32,000 nt of DNA from Candidatus Electrothrix sp. GW3-4 (GTDB taxonomy: Bacteria > Desulfobacterota > Desulfobulbia > Desulfobulbales > Desulfobulbaceae), in the NCBI RefSeq assembly GCF_037902255.1, contig NZ_CP147990.1:930001-962000 (forward strand), read 5' to 3'. The notes beneath the pieces are model-generated. The model had not been told where the DNA came from, made no database searches, and saw only the letters and a list, made by a program, of their open reading frames with translations. The stretch's first letter is position 1, and each line of letters starts with the position of its first letter. Both the position numbers and the translations under genes were made by a program. Positions 23,650 to 31,430 of this stretch are shown here, piece by piece.

Positions 23650-25399
23650 CCCACATTCCGCACGTTGACACATAAAAAAATATTTTATAACCTGCTGCCT
23701 CAAAAAGACATTTAATAAATCAACCAGGCAGCAGGTATGGAAAACAACACAACGATTTTACCACAGGAATGCTCAAGTAAACTCCTCAATCACTTGGGCC
23801 TAGTCGCGGGTATGTATGACGAACTCGGACTTGGGGAGCTGATTGACAGTCTGATTCATCAGGATAAAGAAAAGCGAGTTGTCTCAGTTGGTCAGGCAGT
23901 TAAGGCAATGGTTCTTAACGGGTTGGGCTTTGCGAATCGGGCATTGTATCTGACCCCGCATTTTTTCCAGGATAAACCGGTAGATCGACTCATCGGAGAA
24001 GGCATTGAGGCCCAGCACCTGAACGATACTGTTTTGGGCCGGGCCTTAGAAGTGATTTACGAGCATAATCCCGAAGAGTTATATTCGCAGCTTGCAGCTA
24101 GGGCAATTGGTCGTCTAGGGCTGCTGGCACGTTTTGGTCACTTGGATTCAACGAGTTTTCATACCGACGGTCGCTATCCAGCCAACGGATCAGAAGAGGA
24201 AGAAGGTGTTATTCGGATCACAAAAGGCTACAGCCGTGATCATCGTCCGGATCTGAACCAGATCGTGTTGCAGCTCATTTGCGAACGACAGGCTGGCATC
24301 CCGCTTCTGATGAAGCCGTTAAGTGGTAACAGTAGCGATAAAACAGATTTTCGGGAAACAGTGCAAGCGCATATTGATCAGATGAAAAACGATTTCAGCC
24401 TGGAATATCTGGTTGCGGATAGTGCGCTCTATACAGCGCAAACATTAAAAGAACTGAGCATGATATTGTGGATTTCCCGTGTACCGGAGACATTGAATCT
24501 GTCCCAGGAGATCATCCATGAAGTAGCTTCAAATCTGATGCAGGATCCTGAAAAAGCAGCATCTCGCAGTCTCGGGGTAGTTTATGGCGATGTCAGGCAG
24601 CGCTGGTTGGTTGTCTATTCGCCTGAAGCATATCAACGGGGACGCAAGACCGTAAACAAAAAATGCCTCAAGCTGAGCACAAATGAATCCAAGCAATTCG
24701 ATAAATTGTGCAAACAGGATTTTGCCTGCGAGGCCGATGCATTGAAAGCACTGTCCCGTTTTGAAAAAAAGCTGAAAATACTCTCAATTCATGACGCTCG
24801 TGTTGTTGCTTTACCTCGCCATAAGGGCAAAGGACGGCCAGCCAAGGGCAAGAAACCGGACTTTTATGTTTACCGCATTGAAGGCAACCCAGCCTCCCTG
24901 CTTCAGGAGAGAACCCGATTGTTGGAACGAAAAAGCTGTTTTATTCTTGCAACGAATCAGTTGGACTGCGAAGAATTGTCCGACGAGGAACTCTTGAAAG
25001 TGTACAAAGATCAGCAAAAGGTTGAACGGGGTTTTCGTTTCCTCAAAGATCCTATGTTTATGGCTTCAACGCTTTTTTTAAAATCCCGAAAACGTATCAT
25101 GGCCCTGATGATGGTTATGACGCTTTGCCTCCTGGTGTACGCCGCGTTGGAATATCGCATCAGACAAGCGCTCGAAATAAATAATGAAACATTTCCCAAC
25201 CAGAAAGGAAAACCTGCCCCTAACCCTACTGCTCGTTGGGTATTTCAGTTTTTTTCAGGAATTCACCTGCTGCTTGTCGGCGGAATGCAACAGCTGGTCC
25301 TGAATTTAAATGAACATCATTTGCGTCTGCTGAAGCTGTTGGGTGGGAGATATGAAAAATTATATTCTGGAAATGGATAGAGGGTATGCTGAATGTGGG
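23650..25399 (+). mobile_element. IS1634-family (IS4-related) insertion sequence, 1750 bp
   Basis: Terminal inverted repeats are CCCACATTCCGCA (left) and TGCTGAATGTGGG (right), matching 12/13. A 6-bp direct repeat CCATGG sits at 23644-23649 and 25400-25405. It carries a single 547-aa transposase. Confidence 0.8.
23737..25380 (+). CDS. IS1634-family transposase
   Basis: 547 aa, with HLDSTSFHTDG...GYSRDHRPDLNQ...VADSALY...YKDQQKVERGFRFLK, motifs typical of IS1634/IS4-group DDE transposases. Confidence 0.8.
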   Translation: MENNTTILPQECSSKLLNHLGLVAGMYDELGLGELIDSLIHQDKEKRVVSVGQAVKAMVLNGLGFANRALYLTPHFFQDKPVDRLIGEGIEAQHLNDTVLGRALEVIYEHNPEELYSQLAARAIGRLGLLARFGHLDSTSFHTDGRYPANGSEEEEGVIRITKGYSRDHRPDLNQIVLQLICERQAGIPLLMKPLSGNSSDKTDFRETVQAHIDQMKNDFSLEYLVADSALYTAQTLKELSMILWISRVPETLNLSQEIIHEVASNLMQDPEKAASRSLGVVYGDVRQRWLVVYSPEAYQRGRKTVNKKCLKLSTNESKQFDKLCKQDFACEADALKALSRFEKKLKILSIHDARVVALPRHKGKGRPAKGKKPDFYVYRIEGNPASLLQERTRLLERKSCFILATNQLDCEELSDEELLKVYKDQQKVERGFRFLKDPMFMASTLFLKSRKRIMALMMVMTLCLLVYAALEYRIRQALEINNETFPNQKGKPAPNPTARWVFQFFSGIHLLLVGGMQQLVLNLNEHHLRLLKLLGGRYEKLYSGNG

Positions 25400-25926
25400 C
25401 CATGGGGTAAAAGCTCATGAAAAGAAAGACCACTGGAAAACCTGAGGTTGAGGTCATCCATCCGGGCTGCATAATAGCGTAACTGTGCAGAGAGATTTCG
25501 TTCTTCCTTATCTGCCATCAGCTCATCAAGCTCATGGGAAGATGATGCTTCATCGGTGAATTCCTCGGCAGAGTGCGTATCAAGAAGAAAATGCATTCGT
25601 TCGTTCAACTTGGGCATAGACAAACGCATCCTGAAATAGGTCTTGAGCTGCACTGCTTTGCCCTCCTCAGCAGTGGATTTCAACCGGAGACGGATACGAG
25701 TACGTTCCTCCTCGTCAAGATAATCCTCATCGCCAAAAAAGGAATCCAGCCAATGGGCCGAGGTGAGCAAGCCCTTGGTGACCAGGGCATGGGTCCGGTC
25801 AAGGGGATGTGGCTCCTCAGGCGAATCGGCTCTGCTGGTAAGGGGAAAGAGGGCGAGCAGGAGGGTGAGCAAGAGGACAAACCAGAAGGGGAAGAGGGTG
25901 TTTGTTGCTGTGCTTTTTGTCTTCAT
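25400..25926 (-). pseudogene. N-terminal part of the IS-disrupted secreted/outer-membrane-like protein gene
   Basis: MKTKSTATNTLFPFWFVLLLTLLLALFPLTSRA is a signal peptide. Track ORF 25360..25926 ends in 12 IS-encoded codons. Confidence 0.7.
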
Positions 25927-26246
25927 GTCCTGTTTTCTCTTGGCTCCTTTGGCTTTCAGTCCATTGCCCCAGGTACATAACTCCCACCATTATTCGTGCA
26001 AAGGTCGGTACGAGGCATCTGTAAAATATCTCATACCATCGGAAAGGGGAAGATGACAATATCATCTTCGCCAGTCTTGGATCTGTCAACCAGTACTTCC
26101 CTCCGGGTTAAGCGGTATAAAAAAAGTATCCTGCCCAAAGGAGATGGGATATTTGCCCGGATAAAATGAGGCGTTCGCCTTATTGCAAGGGCAGGCTCAA
26201 GATGGTTGAGTAGAGACATTATCCCCATCGACTGAAAGGAGTTCCT

Positions 26247-26486
26247 ATGCAAGCTCGACATAGAATCAGCAAGACGTATGACTGTCCTCTGACCAAAAAG
26301 CATGTACATGTACAACTCAAATGCGGTACACAAGCTGTTGGCAAAGAACCTGAAGTTTGCTCAAATATTGGAGAATGTGGATGCGGCGTGATTAAAATTA
26401 TCTATGGTATGAGCTATACTGTGGATTGGAAAAAATGTTGTCTCTATTCAATTCTCAAGGAACAGGGCTGTTGCCTTGAGAATTAA
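26247..26486 (+). CDS. Small cysteine-rich protein (79 aa, 10 Cys)
   Basis: Strong RBS AAAGGAG 6 nt upstream. The sequence is MQARHRISKTYDCPLTKKHVHVQLKCGTQAVGKEPEVCSNIGECGCGV...KKCCLYSILKEQGCCLEN. Confidence 0.55.
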   Translation: MQARHRISKTYDCPLTKKHVHVQLKCGTQAVGKEPEVCSNIGECGCGVIKIIYGMSYTVDWKKCCLYSILKEQGCCLEN

Positions 26487-26571
26487 ATGATGCAGTAAAT
26501 ATCTTGTTGTTGATTCTACACACAAAATAAAACTGCCCAGATAAAATTAGTTTCATCCTCAAGCTTCCTCT

Positions 26572-26617
26572 GCGGCGATCGTGACTCCTCATCTCACGGT
26601 CGCCGCGCCTTTTTTTC
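26572..26617 (+). terminator. Rho-independent terminator
   Basis: GCGGCGATCGTGA-loop-TCACGGTCGCCGC followed by GCCTTTTTTT. Confidence 0.7.
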
Positions 26618-26625
26618 TCTCTTTC

Positions 26626-27697
26626 CTACATCCCCATCTCCAGAATATCCACCATCCTGCCGTTATAGCTGCTACGGATCAGGGAGATGAGATCGGCAGA
26701 GTTATCCACCCGTATCGTGAGGCTGGTCACAGCGGAACCGCTAAAGCCGGGCAGGGTGTAGATGCCGTTGCCTGGTATGGTCACGGCATCACCGGCAATA
26801 CCGCGTTTTTCCATGGCCTGTAAACTCAGGGTGAGGCGATTATCGGTCAGGTCAAAAATGGCCTGGATGCGGATCTGTTCATCCGCGGTCATCTTGGCGT
26901 CGGTGGCAACAACATACGGGGCCGTGGCATTGCCGGTCAGGATGCCGACCTCCTGCGGATTATTGGCACTGAAACCGTTCAGCACCAGGGGCGAGCGCAG
27001 TCTGTTGCCGTAAGTACCGGTACGTATAGAGCCGTTTTCGGTATAGCGGTATGGATGGAGACGGTGTATTCGTTGTTCCACGGGTCATCCTGCGTTGGGA
27101 TGTGCGGAACCAGCAGCACCTCGGTGTTGGAGACGGAAGCAAATTGGGTCTGAGCGGTTTCGCCGCTGCGGGTTCCTTCGATGAGACAGCCGCAGTCCGA
27201 GTCTTTGCGGTCAAAGAGGAGATTGGTCCCGTTGAGGCGGAGCACACCATCGGGGTTGAGCACATCGTTCAGCTCCAGGGTGGTGTCTTCGGCAGACAGC
27301 ATGACCGGGGCTTTTTTTTCGGAGGCAACCGTTCCAGATGGGCGTTCTGCTGAACAGCCCGGACAAAAGGACGGGAGGGCGAAACCTTGACCCGCAGAAG
27401 TTCGTCCATAGGCGGGAGCGGATCATCCGGGGCATCCAGGCGGGCATGAAAGGATAGACGATAGGAAAAGGCGTCCTCCAGAGTAACCTGAGTGCCGTTG
27501 GTGAGCATATCCTTGATCTCCTCATTGGCATCCTGAAGCAGGGTTTTGATCTCATCCGCAGGCCAGCCCGGATGCTTTGCTGCCAAGCGGGCTGCCAGCT
27601 CGTCGTAGCCCGCCACATTATGCGGAACAAAGCGGAGTTGATAAGAACCGGGGGTGGTCAGGTAGTTGGGTTCGGGTCGATATTGCGCAGTAGCCAT
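26626..27697 (-). pseudogene. HU-like DNA-binding / DUF4469-like protein gene interrupted by two -1 frameshifts
   Basis: Three consecutive minus-strand ORFs (27269..27697, 26979..27302, 26626..27081) read as one protein. MATAQYRPEPNYLTTPGSYQLRFVPHNVAGYDELAARLA... is the HU-like part. ...LELNDVLNPDGVLRLNGTNLLFDRKDSDCGC... and ...LTGNATAPYVVATDAKMT... form an Ig-like C-terminal part. The shifts are at the T8/A8 run 27312-27319 and near 27050-27060. Confidence 0.6.
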
Positions 27698-27756
27698 ACT
27701 CTTCTCCTCTTGGGTTTAAGGTATTGATACAACCGGACAATCAATGTGGATGTTCC

Positions 27757-27785
27757 AGAATAGGAGGCATATCCCTGTTTGTCAA
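27757..27785 (-). promoter_or_regulatory. Sigma-70-type promoter of the HU-like gene
   Basis: The minus strand reads TTGACA (27785..27780), 17 nt, TATTCT (27762..27757). The upstream CAATATATTTTC is nearly identical to the one at 22234-22246. Confidence 0.5.
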
Positions 27786-28065
27786 GAAAATATATTGAAT
27801 TATGTGATTTTATGACGATCGGGCAGGGGGTTGAGGGAAAAAGGCGGGGCGGTCCCGGTACGGTGTTGCGGTGGGGCCTGCGTTCGGGATGATTTTCTGC
27901 GCACGATGGAGCGGGAGAAGTACCTACGTATGAGGGAGGAAGATGCCTAGTTAGGAAGGAGGCTCATAAGTAGTTATCTCTCTCCTTCCTACCTAGTGCT
28001 CTGTAAAATCTAAATTTTAGGGTAGCGTATTTAAAATTAATGTAGCATGTTGTCCGAAAAAAAAA

Positions 28066-28524
28066 TTGAAAGAGGATTTCATGCCAAAAAAATACATTGT
28101 CCAATTGACTCCAAAAGAACGCTGTCATTTACAGGAGGTTATCAAAAAGCTTTCGGGGGGCAGCCAGAAAGTCCGTCGTGCTCACATCTTATTGAAAGCT
28201 GATGCAAATGGCCCCTGTTGGAAAGACAGCAGGATAGCAGAAGCATTCAACTGTAGGACAAAAACGGTTGAGAACATCCGTCAAAATTTTGTTTTGCACG
28301 GTTTTCAACAGGCTCTTGACGGAAAAAAACGTGCAACCCCGCCTACTCCGAAACTATTGAATGGGGAGCAGGAGGTTAAAATCATTGCCACTCGTCTTGG
28401 TTCACCTCCGCCGGGATACGCAAATTGGTCACTGCGCCTTTTAGCCCGACATGTTGTTGAATTGGAAATAGTTCCGTCGATCAGCCATGAAACTATTCGC
28501 CAAGTAATAAAAAAAACGGGATGA
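28066..28524 (+). CDS. IS630-family transposase OrfA
   Basis: The protein is identical to 2629..3087. Confidence 0.85.
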   Translation: MKEDFMPKKYIVQLTPKERCHLQEVIKKLSGGSQKVRRAHILLKADANGPCWKDSRIAEAFNCRTKTVENIRQNFVLHGFQQALDGKKRATPPTPKLLNGEQEVKIIATRLGSPPPGYANWSLRLLARHVVELEIVPSISHETIRQVIKKTG

Positions 28525-29216
28525 ACAACCGGAAAATCCAATACTGGGTTATTCCACCAAAACACGATGCGGAATTCGTGGCCAACATGGAAGATGTGAT
28601 AGAGGTTTATGAAAGACCGTATAATCCTAATCATCCTTTTCTTTGTATGGACGAACAACCAGTTCAGCTGATAAAGGAAACTCGTTTACCTATCCCGGCA
28701 ACTAAAAATCATGCTAAACGCGTTGATTATGAGTATGAGCGTAACGGAACAGCCAGTATTTTCATGTTCACCGAGCCTCTTTCAGGCTGGCGTGAAGCCA
28801 CAGCTCGTCCTCGGCGGACTAAAACAGATTGGGCGATCGAAGTGGCTCGCCTCCTTGAAGGTCGCTATGCAGAATGTGAAAAGATAACGTTGGTTTGCGA
28901 TAATCTCAACACCCATACAAAGGGAGCTTTTTATGAGGCTTTTCCTCCTGAACGTGCTCGTGCATTAGTACGCCGGATTGAATTTTGTTACACACCGAAA
29001 CATGGTAGCTGGCTCAATATAGCAGAAAACGAATTGAGCTCCATGACTCGACAATGTCTTGCCAATCGTCGTATAGGAGATATCGAGACGTTACAGAAAG
29101 AGATTGCCGCATGGTCAAGCGATGTGAATAACACTCAACGTGGTGTTGAGTGGCAAATGAAAATTTCTGATGCCCGGTGCAAATTAAAATCCGTTTACCC
29201 TAAAATTAAGTCGTGA
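28521..29216 (+). CDS. IS630-family transposase OrfB
   Basis: It differs from 3084..3779 at two residues: I62K, and G125V next to the second catalytic Asp. Confidence 0.85.
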   Translation: MNNRKIQYWVIPPKHDAEFVANMEDVIEVYERPYNPNHPFLCMDEQPVQLIKETRLPIPATKNHAKRVDYEYERNGTASIFMFTEPLSGWREATARPRRTKTDWAIEVARLLEGRYAECEKITLVCDNLNTHTKGAFYEAFPPERARALVRRIEFCYTPKHGSWLNIAENELSSMTRQCLANRRIGDIETLQKEIAAWSSDVNNTQRGVEWQMKISDARCKLKSVYPKIKS

Positions 29217-29478
29217 CAGAGCACTAGGCAGTTTAGAATCTCACAAACGTTATTGACTTTATCTCATAAGCACTATCGAGATTATCTCATACGTGCTTGT
29301 GAGATGAAGTCACACGGGCGTGTGAGATTGGGTCGAACGTGTTATTGTGGGAAAGGTGGGCGGGTGGTGGAGGTTTTTTCGGAAGGGCTGTTGAGGGAGA
29401 TTGAGGAGATAAAGGGAGCGGTAAAAAGCACATTTTGCAAAGCAGTAAAACACGAAACCTATTTAATCGTTCCTCTAA

Positions 29479-29811
29479 CTACGGTGTAATCTTACCATGA
29501 CGTTGAAGCCTCGCCCTGATTGCACCTTTCTTCCGTTTATGTATTACAGCAATCTCTTTAATTGTCTTGCCTGCGTCAAACTCCTCGCAAAGTTGTTGAT
29601 CCTCAGCTGTATCCCAAGATTTACCGGCACGTTCTGGCAATGCTTCGCGTCTTCGATCACTACGTTCGGCTCGCTCAAGTGCTCTTGCAGCAACGAATAA
29701 TGCACGAGTAACATTAGATTGCTGATACACACCGTCCAGTATTTGACCTGTATTCGGACAACGACCATCCGCTAACGATTCGATAATTTTGAGTGCCTCT
29801 GTATTATTCAT
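29479..29811 (-). CDS. Small DNA-binding-like protein (Myb/SANT- or sigma-70 region 4-like HTH at the C-terminus)
   Basis: 110 aa. The C-terminus SWDTAEDQQLCEEFDAGKTIKEIAVIHKRKKGAIRARLQRHG has a W-x-EED...IA...R-x-GAI-x-RL HTH pattern. Confidence 0.55.
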   Translation of the reverse strand: MNNTEALKIIESLADGRCPNTGQILDGVYQQSNVTRALFVAARALERAERSDRRREALPERAGKSWDTAEDQQLCEEFDAGKTIKEIAVIHKRKKGAIRARLQRHGKITP

Positions 29812-29873
29812 ATTCTGAACTCTTTTCAGTGGGCCTATAGTTTTTCATAATAATTAATTATAATAATGAAGTG

Positions 29874-29979
29874 TAAACGGATTGTCAACAGAAAGGTGTT
29901 TGAAACAAGAAGAGAAGCGCGGTTCAGGATGGCAAAAAAATACCCCCGCCGCAATACTGTGACAGAGGTAGGGTACATC
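29874..29979 (-). repeat. Junction repeat E1 (terminator plus -35 promoter element)
   Basis: One of three ~105-bp homologous elements. The minus strand reads CCUCUGUCAC-aguauu-GCGGCGGGGG-UAUUUUUUU, then GCCATCCTGAACCGCGC, then CTGTTGACAAT. A -10-like TATTAT lies 17 nt downstream of TTGACA. Confidence 0.75.
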
Positions 29980-30019
29980 TTCAGTCACCTTTTCCGTGAC
30001 CAGGAGAGGACACCGGGAG

Positions 30020-30205
30020 TTAAACAGTCTTTTTCCCCGTCTGACCTGATGCTATCCGCTTCGGCGGAAACGATACTTTCGGATGCGTGCTCCTGCTTTC
30101 AGCTTCCTTGAACGCCTTGTAAATGGCATCCAGGTTATAATTATATTTCGCTGCATGAGCTTCCCGACATCTACGAATTTCAGCTACTATTTCATCCTGT
30201 CGCAT
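30020..30205 (-). CDS. Small hypothetical protein, second gene of an overlapping pair
   Basis: 61 aa: MRQDEIVAEIRRCREAHAAKYNYNLDAIYKAFKEAE... Its ATG overlaps the upstream ORF by 19 nt. Confidence 0.5.
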   Translation of the reverse strand: MRQDEIVAEIRRCREAHAAKYNYNLDAIYKAFKEAESRSTHPKVSFPPKRIASGQTGKKTV

Positions 30206-30360
30206 ACCAGAACTTCATCGTCCTCGTCCTTTTCTTCCATCAGACGGTAAAGAGCATGATTCTCAATAACCTCTTCCATCTTCTCAAACGTTTCGATGTC
30301 AAGCAGAACGGCTGTTCTCCGTTCCTGTTCGTTGACTATATACTGACGTGCAATCCGCAT
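30187..30360 (-). CDS. Small antitoxin-like protein, first gene of an overlapping pair
   Basis: Not in the ORF track (57 aa). Minus-strand translation gives MRIARQYIVNEQERRTAVLLDIETFEKMEEVIENHALYRLMEEKDEDDEVLVCDRMK*. It has a strong RBS GGAGG 7 nt upstream. The acidic C-terminus and the LDIETFEKMEE pattern recall Phd/YefM-like antitoxins. Confidence 0.5.
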   Translation of the reverse strand: MRIARQYIVNEQERRTAVLLDIETFEKMEEVIENHALYRLMEEKDEDDEVLVCDRMK

Positions 30361-30413
30361 GATGCTTCCTCCTCACTCTGCAATGAATCGTATGTATTCG
30401 TACAATAGCAGTG

Positions 30414-30521
30414 ATGAAACCTGATTGTCAACAGAGAGGTGCGTGTAATCAGAACAGGTGCGGTTCAGAATGGCAAAAAAATACTCCCGCCGCAAGACTG
30501 CGACAAGGGGTACGGCACATC
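30414..30521 (-). repeat. Junction repeat E2
   Basis: Homologous to E1 and E3. It begins immediately after the XisI stop. It has a hairpin plus U7, and TTGACA followed by 18 nt and TATTGT. Confidence 0.75.
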
Positions 30522-30864
30522 ATCCTTCGGCAAACCCCGTATACTTCCGTTTGTAAGGAGCCTGAAAACCGAGAACAATATCCTCCTTGGGCACACCGAG
30601 ACTCATGAGTTCCTCCGCAATACCTATTTCCGTACCGTTATGCTGCACCCAGATCTTTCCCTCTTTTATATCGAAATGCAGTATACAGCCGTGAATCCAT
30701 TCATATCCGTCCCAACCGACCTGAAACAGCTGGTAATGATTATGCTCTTTATCAAAAATATACTGTTTTTCAATAGAATCGGAGTCGGGTATCTGTTTTC
30801 CCAGCGCAAGAATAACATCCTGAATATAGGCTTGATAGAGAATCATTTTTTCTATTGTATCCAT
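30520..30864 (-). CDS. xisI: XisI-family protein
   Basis: 114 aa, with HYQLFQVGWDGYEWIHGCILHFDIKEGKIWVQHNGTEIGIAEELMSLGVPKEDIVLGF, typical of the XisI family. Confidence 0.8.
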   Translation of the reverse strand: MDTIEKMILYQAYIQDVILALGKQIPDSDSIEKQYIFDKEHNHYQLFQVGWDGYEWIHGCILHFDIKEGKIWVQHNGTEIGIAEELMSLGVPKEDIVLGFQAPYKRKYTGFAEG

Positions 30865-31274
30865 GAACGAATCTCCTCCTTCTCCGGGTCAAAGGTCAGC
30901 AAAGTCACGGCGTACTCACTCAGGACGCTCTGCACGAACGGACGACGAAAGAAGGACTCATAAACATCCAGGGGAACAGCCAAAAACAAGCCGCGTTCCG
31001 GTTCTTTTTGTTTCAAGGCTACCCTGTAGTCTAGGTACTGTCCTAACGCCGTATGAAAGTCTGAAAGAAACGAGGTGCCGAGGAAACTTTTTATTTCCAC
31101 AGCTATTTTCACCCCTTCTTTCTCCGCAGCCAGTACTCGTTCAGCCGCAAGATCAATATATACATTCATATCGCTCCCGGCCAGCTTAATCCAGTACGGA
31201 TCATGCGTAATGCTCCACCCTTCTTTGAATAAGGCATGTTTTACCTGCTGATGAAAAATATCCCGTGCTGACAT
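30852..31274 (-). CDS. xisH: XisH-family protein
   Basis: 140 aa from ATG 31274: MSARDIFHQQVKHALFKEGWSITHDPYWIKL...IAVEIKSFLGTSFLSDFHTALGQYLDYRVALKQKEPERGLFLAVP. It overlaps xisI by 13 nt. Confidence 0.8.
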   Translation of the reverse strand: MSARDIFHQQVKHALFKEGWSITHDPYWIKLAGSDMNVYIDLAAERVLAAEKEGVKIAVEIKSFLGTSFLSDFHTALGQYLDYRVALKQKEPERGLFLAVPLDVYESFFRRPFVQSVLSEYAVTLLTFDPEKEEIRSWIQ

Positions 31275-31325
31275 GCATCCTCTCAATGTTAGAGACCTAT
31301 CTACTTTTTTTACACAGTACCAGCA

Positions 31326-31430
31326 ATGAAACCGTATTGTCAACAGAGGGTTGCATGAAGCAAGAATAGACGCGGTTCAGCAAGGCCAAAAAATACCCCG
31401 CCGCAATGCTGCGACAGGGGCACATACATC
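31326..31430 (-). repeat. Junction repeat E3
   Basis: Homologous to E1 and E2. It begins immediately after the stop of 31429..31998. The hairpin is CCCC(U)GUCGC-agcauu-GCGGCGGGG plus a U-tract, followed by TTGACA, 18 nt and TACTGT. Confidence 0.75.

Larger units (their letters stand above)
27996..29224 (+). mobile_element. IS630-family insertion sequence, copy 2 (1229 bp)
   Basis: Same ends and length as copy 1, with TA flanks at 27994-27995 and 29225-29226. I found 4 substitutions relative to copy 1, at copy-1 coordinates 2730, 3268, 3457 and 3740. Confidence 0.9.

Noticed and set aside
29874-31430. E1-E3 repeats as attC sites of a second, minus-strand cassette array
   Set aside because: Only one end carries the conserved triplet (GTTGACA, opposite GTCAC rather than AAC). 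The two paired segments are highly asymmetric, about 30 nt against 4 nt between them. The structure is better explained as terminator plus promoter.
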